The position numbers and the translations under genes were made by a program. The notes below the pieces were generated by a model. It ran no database searches, had not been told where the DNA came from, and saw only the letters and a list, made by a program, of their open reading frames with translations. DNA of 64,000 nucleotides from Alphaproteobacteria bacterium (GTDB taxonomy: Bacteria > Pseudomonadota > Alphaproteobacteria > UBA8366 > Aestuariispiraceae). The stretch lies in NCBI GenBank assembly GCA_040217575.1, contig JAVJPW010000008.1, positions 139,787-203,786 on the forward strand, written 5' to 3'. Shown here in pieces: positions 26,251 to 35,915 of this stretch (its first letter is position 1; each line of letters opens with the position of its first letter).

Positions 26251-27483
26251 TCACAAGTCGGACGCTTTTGCATCCTTCAGCGCATCGATGACCCGGTCGA
26301 TATCGGACAACTCGTTGTAGATGTATGTCGAAAGGCGCATCCACATTCGCCCGTCAAAGGCCTGGATATCGACTTCCAGATTGTGGCGGTCGCGAATCTG
26401 GGTGCGCAGGGCATCGGCAACCGGCTGTTTCGCACGGCCGAACGATGCGGGAAGCGCGACGGACGCCATGAAGCCCGTCAGTTCAGGCGGCGTGCCGATT
26501 TCCGTATCCAGGTGGCCCGCAAGTTTTTCGGCGCTGTCCCACGCCAGCGCACTGCAATAGTCCGCGATCCGCCCTTCCCCGTATCCGGCGCGAAATGAAA
26601 TCGCATCAGGCACGGTAAGGTAGGGCGTAAAGTCCTTTGTTCCCGGCCAGTCGAAGGCCGGAAGGTAGCCGTCCGCCACGAAATGGCTGATCGTCGTTGG
26701 CCGGACACGGGCCTGGCGGGCCGGTTCCGTCCAAAGGAAGGCCGCCCCCCGTGCCGTTCCCATCCATTTGTGGCAGTTCCCGGTGTACCAGCTGACACCC
26801 AGGCTTGCGATATCAAGCTCCAGCATGCCGGGCGCATGCGCGCCGTCGACCAGGACCGGGATGCCGCGATCCCCGAAGACCTCGGCAATTTCGGCGACGG
26901 GAAGAATGACCGCGGATTTCGACGTGATGTGGTCGATCACCAGCAGGCGGGTTCGCGGTGTGATCGCCGCTTCCAGCGTGTCGATGATCTGTTCTGCGCT
27001 TTGGATCGGATAGTCGATGGATTCCACCACCAGCCGGGATTCGGCCCTGTCGCACACGAATTCCAGTGTGCGCATGACCGCCCCATAGGTCAGGTTCGTC
27101 GTCAGCACCTCGTCGCCCGGAAACAGCACCAGCGAACGAAGCACCGCATTGATCGCCGTCGATGCATTGTCCAGAAAGACGATGTCGTTTCCGTCCGCAC
27201 CGACATACCCGCCCAGCGCCTGTGCCGTCTGGCGCAGAAGCGGTTGAAGTTCGGCCTTCATGAAACGCGACGGCTGGCCCTCAATCCTCTCCCGCCAGGT
27301 CTGCGCCGACGCCATGACAGGGCGCGATGTCGCGCCGAAAGCCCCGTGGTTGAGGTAGGTAACGCCGCTTTCGATCAGAAAGTCAGCCCGCGCCCGCGCG
27401 CCGAATGGTTTGCCGGATTCGGTGTCGGAATCGTTCGGCGCGGCCGGTGAGTCCGGTCCGTTATCGGGGGCTATTTGATTCAA
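26251..27483 (-). CDS. PLP-dependent class V aminotransferase (isopenicillin N epimerase / C-S lyase-like)
   Basis: YLNHGAFGA, IDHITS, LVDGAHAPG, YTGNCHKW. Confidence 0.88.
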   Translation of the reverse strand: MNQIAPDNGPDSPAAPNDSDTESGKPFGARARADFLIESGVTYLNHGAFGATSRPVMASAQTWRERIEGQPSRFMKAELQPLLRQTAQALGGYVGADGNDIVFLDNASTAINAVLRSLVLFPGDEVLTTNLTYGAVMRTLEFVCDRAESRLVVESIDYPIQSAEQIIDTLEAAITPRTRLLVIDHITSKSAVILPVAEIAEVFGDRGIPVLVDGAHAPGMLELDIASLGVSWYTGNCHKWMGTARGAAFLWTEPARQARVRPTTISHFVADGYLPAFDWPGTKDFTPYLTVPDAISFRAGYGEGRIADYCSALAWDSAEKLAGHLDTEIGTPPELTGFMASVALPASFGRAKQPVADALRTQIRDRHNLEVDIQAFDGRMWMRLSTYIYNELSDIDRVIDALKDAKASDL

Positions 27484-27570
27484 TGAGGTGCCGTCACATG
27501 CAGTTCAAACGAAGGCGAAAGCTTCAAATGCTGTCACCTTTCCGTCAAGTATTTAACAATTGCATTTTGC

Positions 27571-29661
27571 CTATTGCGCTTCCCGGCGCCACGCAAAGGC
27601 AAGCCCCGCGGCCACCAGGGCAAGAAGAAACCACCCCGGCAGCAATGCGGCGGAATCCAATCCCACCACCGTATAGTCGCCGTTTCTGCGTAAACCGACC
27701 CAATCGCTACCGGATGTCGGTCGATCCGTAGAGACGCGGCGCACGGAGATGGGGTCGCTTGCGTCAAATCGATGCAGCCCGCCGCCGCTGTCCGCCACCG
27801 GCCCGGCCAGAAGCCGGTCCGTCGATGTCAGGTCAGACACCTCGCGCGCGTTCAGCGACCCCGCGGCCACGCGCACGGTTCTGTCCCCCAAGCCAACCTC
27901 GTACAAACCGTTCTGGGTCAGCGGCAGGGACCCGGAAAACACGCCGTCGGTCAGCGGTTCCAGTTGCGCCTGCGCCACGGTGCCGTCCGGTTGTTCGACG
28001 GTCGCGGTCAGATTGTCCCCCACATCGTCCAGCGTCCGCAGGCGGATTTCCAGCCGGTCGTTCCGGACTTCGGCGCTCAGGTCCTCTTCTTCCAGCTCCG
28101 GTTCCTGCATCAGCCAGTGCGACAGCCGCCGCATCAGTTCGGCATAGGGGCCGCCGCCTTCATAACCACGCGCCCAAAGCCAGATATGGTCGCTGCTGAT
28201 CTGTGCGACGCGCCCCTCGCCGACACGGTCCAGCGACAGCAACGGCTGATCGTTCAGGCCGGTCATCACAACATCCCCCGACCGGCTTGCCACATCGACC
28301 TGGCGCAACCACGCCCCCCAGCGCGGTTCGTCGTCGGGCCCGGCGAAACTGCGCGGCCCGCCCGGCAGGGATGCGGTGACCGGATGCCGCCGTCCGCGTT
28401 CGGTCAGCATCGGGCGAAACACACCTTCGCTGATGCTGTCCAGCGGTTCCAGCGGAAGAACCTCCCCAAGCGGGCTGCGATACAAGCTGAAAGGCCCGGC
28501 AAAGCCCGGACCGGCCGCGTCCAGAAGGGCGCCGCCGTCATAGATATAGTCCACCACATTCGCCAGATAGACGGATGGAAGAACCCCGCGCCGCCGGTAA
28601 TTGTCAAAAACGATCAGGTCGAAATCGTTCAGTTTCACTTCGAACAACTCGCGGGTCGGAAATGCGATCAGCGACAGTTCGTTGATGGGGGTTCCATCCT
28701 GTTTTTCCGGCGGCCGCAGGATCGTGAAGTGGACCAGATCCACCGACGGGTCGGACTTCAGCAGATTTCGCCAGGTTCGTTCGCCGGGGTGCGGTTCCCC
28801 GCTGATCAACAGAACCCGAAGCCGGTCCCGAACGCCGTTGATCGCCGCCAGCGCCGTGTTGTTGCGCGTCGACAGTTCCTCGGGCAGGTCCGGTACGCTG
28901 AGTTCGACCACCGTCGCCCCTCGCCGTTGCAGGGCGATTTCAATTGTCACGTCTTCGTTGAACGGAATGCGGTTCAGCCGCTGCGCTTCCCCGTCCACGC
29001 TCAGGCTCGCGCGAATACTATCGCCGGCCGTGGCGGTCGGATCATCGACACGGATCACCATCTCGAACGGTTCGCCGACGATGGCAAAGCTTGGATATTC
29101 GACAATCCGAATACGCCGGTCCGGGATGCCGGGATCACCGATCAAGACGGCATGAAGGGGTCCGTCCGGAAGCCCGCCCAACTGGTCCGCGTCATGAATC
29201 TGGCCGTCCGTGACAAGAATGCTGCCGGCGTAGCGCCGGTCCGGCACGTCGGCCAGTGCGGTGCGAACCGCTTCCAGCAGGGTCGTGCCCCGGTCACTTT
29301 CAGCAATGCTGTCGTGGCGCAAGATGACTTCGCGCACATCCAGTCCCGGTTCGTGACGGGACAAGGACTGGCGCAGGACCTCGGCGGCGGCGCGCGTCTG
29401 TTCAATCCGTCCGGCGATTTCCTGCGATGGTGTTTCATCGACAATCAGAAGCGCGACATCGGCATTCGGTTCGCGGCGTTCCTGATGCAATGTCGGGTTG
29501 GCAAGCCCGGCCAGGATTACCGCCGCCACGCCTGTGCGAACCCATGCGGCAGGCACACCTCGCCAGAACAGGAACGCCGATGCCAGCGCCCACACGCCCG
29601 CGATGACCAGAATGGTCCATAAAGGAATGAACGGGGCGAAGTCGATCGAATAGCCGGTCAT
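27571..29661 (-). CDS. Membrane protein with GATase1-like domain (MoxR operon associated)
   Basis: N- and C-terminal TMs; RVLLISGEPHPGERTWRNLLKSDPSVDLVHFTILRPP motif. Confidence 0.8.
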   Translation of the reverse strand: MTGYSIDFAPFIPLWTILVIAGVWALASAFLFWRGVPAAWVRTGVAAVILAGLANPTLHQERREPNADVALLIVDETPSQEIAGRIEQTRAAAEVLRQSLSRHEPGLDVREVILRHDSIAESDRGTTLLEAVRTALADVPDRRYAGSILVTDGQIHDADQLGGLPDGPLHAVLIGDPGIPDRRIRIVEYPSFAIVGEPFEMVIRVDDPTATAGDSIRASLSVDGEAQRLNRIPFNEDVTIEIALQRRGATVVELSVPDLPEELSTRNNTALAAINGVRDRLRVLLISGEPHPGERTWRNLLKSDPSVDLVHFTILRPPEKQDGTPINELSLIAFPTRELFEVKLNDFDLIVFDNYRRRGVLPSVYLANVVDYIYDGGALLDAAGPGFAGPFSLYRSPLGEVLPLEPLDSISEGVFRPMLTERGRRHPVTASLPGGPRSFAGPDDEPRWGAWLRQVDVASRSGDVVMTGLNDQPLLSLDRVGEGRVAQISSDHIWLWARGYEGGGPYAELMRRLSHWLMQEPELEEEDLSAEVRNDRLEIRLRTLDDVGDNLTATVEQPDGTVAQAQLEPLTDGVFSGSLPLTQNGLYEVGLGDRTVRVAAGSLNAREVSDLTSTDRLLAGPVADSGGGLHRFDASDPISVRRVSTDRPTSGSDWVGLRRNGDYTVVGLDSAALLPGWFLLALVAAGLAFAWRREAQ

Positions 29662-29662
29662 T

Positions 29663-32389
29663 TTATTGACCCAGCCTTTCCAGGATCGACGGGACGTGAA
29701 CCTGATCCGATTTGTAGTTCCCGGTCAGCGTATACATCACAAGGTTCACACCGAACCGATAGGCCAGTTCACGTTGGGCCTCACCGCCATTCCCGATCGG
29801 CAGAAGGGGCCGTCCCGAATTGTCCAGCGCCCAGGCTGCCGCCCAGTCCGCACTTCCCACAACAACGGGGGAAACGCCGTCGTTGGTTGTATTGCCGCCT
29901 TCTTCCACCCAGACGACCCCTTCCGACCAGCGGCCGGGGAAAAAGTCCATCAGATAGAAACTGCGGGTCAGGACATGGTCCGCCGGAACCGCGATCAGTG
30001 GTGGAATGTCCAGCGACCGGACAATTTCCCTCATCGCATCAGACGCCGTTCGGGTCTGGGTGTTGATCAGGTAACCGTCGCGGGTATCGAACAGGACCAT
30101 GCCGCCGGCGGCCATATAACGGTTTATCCTGTCCGCCGTGGGCGCGGGCAAACGGCCCTGATCTTCCAGCACCGGCCAGTACAAAAGCGGATAGAAAGCG
30201 ATTTCATCCCGGTCGATATCAACGCCGACCGGCGGGCCCGGTTCAACCGCCGTGCGGTTGGTCAGGACCTGGCTCAACCCCTGAAGCCCGGCGGCGCTGA
30301 TGCGGTCCACCTCTTCATCGCCGGTCAGGACATAGGCGAAGGTCGTCGCCAATGCGCCGGGGGGAACTGCTGCATCCTGCGCCATCGCCGGATCGGCCGG
30401 CTGAAGGAAGACGCCCAGCAATATTGCCGCCGCAGCGCCCGCACCGCGGGACCGCGACAGGCCGGCATAGCCGCGCATGACCGTGGTGATGACGGTGTCC
30501 AGCGTCAGAAGAAGCAATGCTGCCAACAGCAGATAGGGGGTGATCGGGACTTCTTCGGCCTTCGCGAAATCGGTTACGACGGCCCCTGCCGGATACGATC
30601 CCATGGCGACCGGGTCCTCCAGGAACCCGCCCAGGTTCAGGGCGACCCGCGCTTCTTCCGTACCATAGAAACCAGGCGGCAATTCGGCGGACAATTCCGT
30701 CAGGTCCGATACACGCGACGAAAGCGGTCGCGCCGAAGCCTGCGGCGCGGAAAGCCGCCCGAACCCGTCCAATGTATCCAGCGGGTAATAGATGGTGTCG
30801 TCGCCGCCAGGATCAGCCGCCCCCTGGCCCAGCCGCATCAGGCGTTCCAGCATTTCAACGAACATCCCGGACAGCGCCAGATCCGACCATTCGGTGTTTG
30901 CCGTCGTGTGGATCAGAACCAGCCAGCCGTCGCCACGCTGTTCGGCGGTGACCAGCGGCGTGTCGTCTTCCAGGCGCATCCAGGTTTTCGCATCCAGATC
31001 CAGCGACGGTTCCGCCAGGACCTGACGGGAAATCGTGATATCCCCGGCGATGCGCATACCCGCAAAGGGGCCGCTGTCCGCGACGCTTCCGATTCGCGCG
31101 GGTTCGGTCCATTGCATGGCACCGGTCAGCTGACGCCCCCCGCCCCGCAGACGAACCGGCGTCAGAAGGTCGTCCGGCGCGGCGGCCAGACGCGGCCCGG
31201 CGAAACGGATGGCGACCCCGCCATCGTCAAGCCAGCCGTCCAACAGGTCCCGCGATTCACTGTCCAGCACCGTATCGTCGGGCAGAATCAAAACCGCGCG
31301 GTCCTGATCCAGGAGTTCGTCGACGCGCCCGCGCCCTAACGATCCCCAGGGCTGCAACGCGCGATCCAGGAAATAAATCTCCGAAAGGAGCGGCAGCACC
31401 TCACGGCTTCCGATATCCGCAACGATACCGACGGGCCTGCGGCTCCAGCGGCGGTCAATCAGTGCGGTCGCCGCCGCACCCGGCCTGTTTTCGACCACAA
31501 GTCTGGCAATTTCGTTCCTGATATCCAGCGGCAGGTCGAAAGCCGTCGTTCCACGAAGGTCGCCAGCACCCAGAGTAATGTCGCGGCGCGCCAGCGGTCG
31601 GCCGTTTTCAGCAAATGCGATCACCGCCAGATCCAGCGGGATGCCCGCTTCCGGCCGAAGGATATCAACGGACATCTGTGCGGACGCCGCCGACGGGGGA
31701 CGCAGGACGATGGGTCCGGCGGAAAGATCCGGCGCCAAGACGGTCAGGGACCCGGCCCGCGAAAGTATCTCCGATAGGGTCTGTGCGCCGTCGCTGTCCA
31801 ACCCGTCCGTGAACCAGAAAATGTCGGCGCTGCCGGCGTCTTCGATCAGGTTCTGTGCGGCAGATGCCATTGCCACCCGATCAACCGGCCACGGTTTGGG
31901 TTCCAGCGCGCCCAATGCTTCCCGCGTTTCGGCCGCACCCTGCAGCCGCAGCGGTTCCAGCACATCGCCGCTGGCAGGCGGCGCACCGGTTATCAGGTAG
32001 ACCGGTCGCCCCGCCCGTTCCGCCGCATTCACTACAGCGACCGCCCGTTCGATGCGCTGATCCCATTCCGGCGCGGCGGCCCAGCCATCGTCGATGACGA
32101 TCGCGACCGGACCACCCGCGCCCAACGTCCAGTCGGGGTTCAGGATCGGCCGGGCGGCGGCGACAATCAGCAAAGTGACCAGACCCAGGCGCAGAAACAC
32201 CAGCCACCAGGGCGCGGCCCTGGGCACGGTTTCTTCCCCCCTTAATCCGAACAGCAGCCGGATCGCCGGGAACGGCATAAAGCGCGGGGCCGGCGGCACA
32301 AGCCGCAACAGCCACCACAGAAGCGGCAGCGCGGCCAGCGCGGTCAGAAGCCAGGGGCTTGCGAACAGGACCGGACCCATGGACAGCAT
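29663..32389 (-). CDS. BatA N-terminal plus DUF4159 domain membrane protein
   Basis: FASPWLL.AL.ALPLLWWLLR..PP...PWW..LRL BatA-type start; C-terminal FAYVLTGD...YPLLYWP...AYRFGVNLVMYTLTGNYKSDQVH. Confidence 0.82.
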   Translation of the reverse strand: MLSMGPVLFASPWLLTALAALPLLWWLLRLVPPAPRFMPFPAIRLLFGLRGEETVPRAAPWWLVFLRLGLVTLLIVAAARPILNPDWTLGAGGPVAIVIDDGWAAAPEWDQRIERAVAVVNAAERAGRPVYLITGAPPASGDVLEPLRLQGAAETREALGALEPKPWPVDRVAMASAAQNLIEDAGSADIFWFTDGLDSDGAQTLSEILSRAGSLTVLAPDLSAGPIVLRPPSAASAQMSVDILRPEAGIPLDLAVIAFAENGRPLARRDITLGAGDLRGTTAFDLPLDIRNEIARLVVENRPGAAATALIDRRWSRRPVGIVADIGSREVLPLLSEIYFLDRALQPWGSLGRGRVDELLDQDRAVLILPDDTVLDSESRDLLDGWLDDGGVAIRFAGPRLAAAPDDLLTPVRLRGGGRQLTGAMQWTEPARIGSVADSGPFAGMRIAGDITISRQVLAEPSLDLDAKTWMRLEDDTPLVTAEQRGDGWLVLIHTTANTEWSDLALSGMFVEMLERLMRLGQGAADPGGDDTIYYPLDTLDGFGRLSAPQASARPLSSRVSDLTELSAELPPGFYGTEEARVALNLGGFLEDPVAMGSYPAGAVVTDFAKAEEVPITPYLLLAALLLLTLDTVITTVMRGYAGLSRSRGAGAAAAILLGVFLQPADPAMAQDAAVPPGALATTFAYVLTGDEEVDRISAAGLQGLSQVLTNRTAVEPGPPVGVDIDRDEIAFYPLLYWPVLEDQGRLPAPTADRINRYMAAGGMVLFDTRDGYLINTQTRTASDAMREIVRSLDIPPLIAVPADHVLTRSFYLMDFFPGRWSEGVVWVEEGGNTTNDGVSPVVVGSADWAAAWALDNSGRPLLPIGNGGEAQRELAYRFGVNLVMYTLTGNYKSDQVHVPSILERLGQ

Positions 32390-32394
32390 CAGGC

Positions 32395-33303
32395 CTACCC
32401 CCGTGCTTCCGTCAGGGCGATGAACAGCGCCATCATGCCGGCTTCGGCAGATGTGCCGGAATGATGGACCAGAAGGTCCCAACCGGATGCGCGCGCAATT
32501 CGCCGAAGTGCCGTACGGTGCGCCTGCAGGCGGTTCTTATAGCCGGGGCGAAGTTGTTCGACCTTCTCCGCAAGGAAATGCCCTTCATCTTCCAGCCCGT
32601 GGAAGCGGACACGTCCCGAAAAGGGCAACTCCTCCTCCGCCGGATCCAGGACCTGCACCGCGATCCCGCGCACATGCTGTTCTGCGAACTCCGAAAAGCG
32701 TGCTTCCAGGTCTTCGATTGGCGACAGGAAATCGCTGAAAAGGATTGCCTGGGAATGTTTCGGCAGGTTGGCCGCCGGCGGCATTCCGCTTTCCGTGTCC
32801 GCCATCGAATAAAAACGTTCAGCCAGCGCGCGCAGTCGCGCCTTCCCGCCGCTTGCCCGGCCGTCCACCCCCAGAAGGCCGATCCGTTCCCCGCCGCGAA
32901 GAAGCGCCTCTGCGGTGGCAAACATCAAAAGCTGTGCGCGGTCGCGCTTGGTATCGCGCACCGGTTTCGACCGGTAGTCCATGGACGGGCTGCCGTCGCA
33001 CCAAAGCCAGACGCTTTGCGATGCCTCCCATTCCGATTCACGCACGAACAGCGAATCCGACCGCGCGGAACGCCGCCAGTCGATGGAATGCGAATTGTCC
33101 TGTTCGGAATAGGGTCGGTATTGCCAGAAGGATTCGCCCGTCCCGGTCCGGCGCCGCCCGTGGATACCCTGTGCGACGGTCGCGGCGACCCGTTCCGCGG
33201 CAATCAGAAGCGGTGGCAGGCCATCGCCGATTGCCTGCGCATCCCGGACCCGCATGGCAAGTGCGGCCGGATCATCCGCTTTTGACCGTAACGGTTCGCT
33301 CAT
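32395..33303 (-). CDS. DUF58 domain protein
   Basis: GIHGRRRTGTGESFWQYRPY...IDWRRSAR...DGSPSMDY...SDFL. Confidence 0.9.
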   Translation of the reverse strand: MSEPLRSKADDPAALAMRVRDAQAIGDGLPPLLIAAERVAATVAQGIHGRRRTGTGESFWQYRPYSEQDNSHSIDWRRSARSDSLFVRESEWEASQSVWLWCDGSPSMDYRSKPVRDTKRDRAQLLMFATAEALLRGGERIGLLGVDGRASGGKARLRALAERFYSMADTESGMPPAANLPKHSQAILFSDFLSPIEDLEARFSEFAEQHVRGIAVQVLDPAEEELPFSGRVRFHGLEDEGHFLAEKVEQLRPGYKNRLQAHRTALRRIARASGWDLLVHHSGTSAEAGMMALFIALTEARG

Positions 33304-34337
33304 AGGCTGGCGGTCACCATTTCGTCGATCGTGGAATCGATGTCATGCCCTTCGGCCCGGGCGGCAAAGGTCAGGGCCATGCGATGGCGCAGAACCGGCT
33401 TTGCCAGTGCCTCGACATCATCGGCCGACGGTGCCAGCCGCCCCTGAAGCAGGGCGCGGGCGCGACAGGCCAACATCAGCGCCTGACTGGCGCGCGGCCC
33501 CGGACCCCAGGAAATACGGTCCGGCACGAAATCAAGGGCACTGGTTTCCGGGCGCCCGTTCCGCACCAGCGTCAGGATGGCGTCGACAACGCTTTCGCCC
33601 ACCGGAACCTGCCGCGCCAGCGTCTGTGCATGCTTCAGTTCCGCCGCGTTCATGGTCTCCGACACGGTGGACAGCGCCACCCCCGTCGTCTTCAGGACGA
33701 TTTCGCGTTCCGCCTCATGTTCGGGATAGAAGATGCTGACCTGACACAGGAAACGGTCCAGCTGCGCTTCGGGCAGGGGATAGGTCCCTTCCTGTTCGAT
33801 CGGGTTCTGGGTTGCAAGGACGTGGAACGGGTCCGGCAGCGGATGGGATTCCCCGGCTACGGTGACGGTGTTTTCCTGCATCGCCTGCAACAGCGCAGAC
33901 TGGGTCCGGGGGCTGGCGCGGTTGATTTCGTCGCCCATCAGAAGCTGCGTGAAAACGGGTCCCGGCAGAAAGCGGAAGGACCGCCGTCCGGTATCGTCCT
34001 GATCCAGGACTTCGGACCCCAGAATGTCCGCCGGCATCAGGTCCGGCGTGAATTGAACGCGCCTGGTATCCAGCCCAAGGACACGGCTCAACGTGTCGAC
34101 CAGCAGCGTCTTTCCAAGCCCCGGGACCCCAACCAGAAGGACGTGCCCCCCAGCCAGAATTGTCGTCAGAACCTCATCGACGACGCGATCCTGGCCGAAG
34201 AACACCCGTTTGATCTGCTGTCTGACCGCATCAAGGTTTTCCCCGACCCGCTCCATATCTTCCACCAGCGCACTGGCACGGCTTTCGGCGGCCGCCTCGC
34301 GCGCATTGGACTGGGTTTCGTCACTCTTTCCGGTCAC
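33300..34337 (-). CDS. MoxR-family AAA+ ATPase
   Basis: GVPGLGKT, QFTPDLMPADILG, DEINRASPRTQSALL, ATQNPIEQEGTYPLPEAQLDRF. Confidence 0.95.
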   Translation of the reverse strand: MTGKSDETQSNAREAAAESRASALVEDMERVGENLDAVRQQIKRVFFGQDRVVDEVLTTILAGGHVLLVGVPGLGKTLLVDTLSRVLGLDTRRVQFTPDLMPADILGSEVLDQDDTGRRSFRFLPGPVFTQLLMGDEINRASPRTQSALLQAMQENTVTVAGESHPLPDPFHVLATQNPIEQEGTYPLPEAQLDRFLCQVSIFYPEHEAEREIVLKTTGVALSTVSETMNAAELKHAQTLARQVPVGESVVDAILTLVRNGRPETSALDFVPDRISWGPGPRASQALMLACRARALLQGRLAPSADDVEALAKPVLRHRMALTFAARAEGHDIDSTIDEMVTASL

Positions 34338-34406
34338 GCGGCCCTACTCCCTTGCTTTTGGATCCGATCCTGCCACATCTTCGAATCAAAGGATGATGCC
34401 GGACCG

Positions 34407-34964
34407 ATGCGGAAACAAGACTTGAATAGGAAAAGTCTCAAGGAGTTGATGGCGACGGGCGAAGGCCTTACCGGCTTCGACTGGCCGGAACGCTATACGG
34501 ACTTCGACATCCGGATTCTGCGCGACGGAACCTGGACCTATAAGGGCGATCCGATCCGGCGCCTGAAGCTGTGTCAGCTTTTTTCGACCGTCCTTCAGCG
34601 GGACGAAGAAGGAACCTATTGGCTGGTCACACCCGGGGAACGCGGGCGTATCGATGTCGAAGACGTACCCTTCAATGCAGTTGAACTGAAGGCCGAGGAC
34701 GGGGATGACGGACCGGTCCTGCATTTTCGGACCAATCTCGACTATTGGGTGCGTGCGGATGCGGACCATCCGATTCGCGTGGAAAGCGATCCGGCTTCCG
34801 ACGAACCGTCCCCCTATATAATGGTCCGCGACGGGTTGGAGGCGCTGATTGCGCGGCCTGTCTTCTATGACCTGGTCGACAGGGCGCGCGGTGTGGAAAC
34901 CGCGGACGGCACGGAGTATTTTGTCGAAAGCGCGGGCACCCCGTTCCTGCTTGGTCGCGTGTAG
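34407..34964 (+). CDS. DUF1285 family protein
   Basis: IRILRDGTWTY.G.PI.R..L..LF..VL...Y.LVTP.E...I.VEDVPF...F.TN..PY. Confidence 0.8.
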   Translation: MRKQDLNRKSLKELMATGEGLTGFDWPERYTDFDIRILRDGTWTYKGDPIRRLKLCQLFSTVLQRDEEGTYWLVTPGERGRIDVEDVPFNAVELKAEDGDDGPVLHFRTNLDYWVRADADHPIRVESDPASDEPSPYIMVRDGLEALIARPVFYDLVDRARGVETADGTEYFVESAGTPFLLGRV

Positions 34965-34989
34965 GCGGAAAGGGACCTGGGATACAGTG

Positions 34990-35595
34990 ATGGATGTTGC
35001 CGAGCTTGAGCGCCGCCTGCGCGAGGGAACCGACCGAACAGAAACGCGCAGCGACTTCGACCTCAACCCCGGCATGAAGCCGATCCGGGATACGATCATC
35101 GAAGCGGCGGTCCTGATCCCGATCATCGCCCATTCGGATGGGCCCAGTGTCCTGATGACGGTCCGCACCCATCAGCTGAAGGACCATGCCGGCCAGGTCG
35201 CCTTTCCGGGCGGACGGCGCGATCCGGGCGATGTCAGTCCGGAAGCAACCGCACTTCGCGAAACGGAAGAAGAGGTTGCCATTCCCCGCACCGCGATCCG
35301 TTCGATCGGGCGGCTGGCACCGTACAATACCAGAACGGGCTATCGTGTGATCCCCATCGTCGGCATAATCGAACCGCCGATCGCGCCGCGTCCGGAGCCG
35401 ACGGAGGTGGACGAGATATTCGAGGTGCCGCTGAAATTTCTTCTGGACCGGCGGAACCATCAGCGTCATTCGCACGATGTCGCCGGGACAAGCCGTCAAT
35501 TCTATGCAATGCCGTACGGCAGGTTCTATATATGGGGTGCAACCGCCGGCATGATCGTCAGTCTGGCGGATACGCTGGACCTTGAACGCCGTTAA
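34990..35595 (+). CDS. Nudix hydrolase, CoA pyrophosphatase type
   Basis: AAVLIP, HAGQVAFPGG, ALRETEEE, IWGATAGM. Confidence 0.9.
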   Translation: MDVAELERRLREGTDRTETRSDFDLNPGMKPIRDTIIEAAVLIPIIAHSDGPSVLMTVRTHQLKDHAGQVAFPGGRRDPGDVSPEATALRETEEEVAIPRTAIRSIGRLAPYNTRTGYRVIPIVGIIEPPIAPRPEPTEVDEIFEVPLKFLLDRRNHQRHSHDVAGTSRQFYAMPYGRFYIWGATAGMIVSLADTLDLERR

Positions 35596-35914
35596 GGAGT
35601 CTTTTGTGGTAAGAACCATCCTCAGCATTCTGATTCCCTTTATCCTGCCGTTCGTCTGTTTCGCAATCTGGTCCTGGTATGCGAACCGGAAGCGGGAAAC
35701 GCTGGAACATGGCGAGGAACTGCAGAAATGGCAGACATGGCCCTGGGGACGGCTGATTCTGACGGGCGGGGTGCTGGTCATCATTTCCCTGGGGTTCCTG
35801 TTCTTCGGAAACGATCCGATCCCGGAAGGTCGTTGGGTTCCGCCGACGGTGGTCGACGGCGTGGTCGTCCCGGGTCATTTCGAACCGATCGAGCCGTCGA
35901 ACGACGACTGGTAG
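35582..35914 (+). CDS. Small membrane protein (two TM segments)
   Basis: Two hydrophobic helices and C-terminal WVPPTVVDGVVVPGHF; start may be a few codons downstream. Confidence 0.7.
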   Translation: MNAVKESFVVRTILSILIPFILPFVCFAIWSWYANRKRETLEHGEELQKWQTWPWGRLILTGGVLVIISLGFLFFGNDPIPEGRWVPPTVVDGVVVPGHFEPIEPSNDDW

Positions 35915-35915
35915 C

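Noticed and set aside
33345-34406. Long N-terminal extensions given by the track (DUF1285, pyk, DUF4159 protein, binding protein copy 1, DctM, second SDR)
   Set aside because: Extensions overlap neighbouring genes or promoters; downstream starts with RBS and family-typical N-termini fit better
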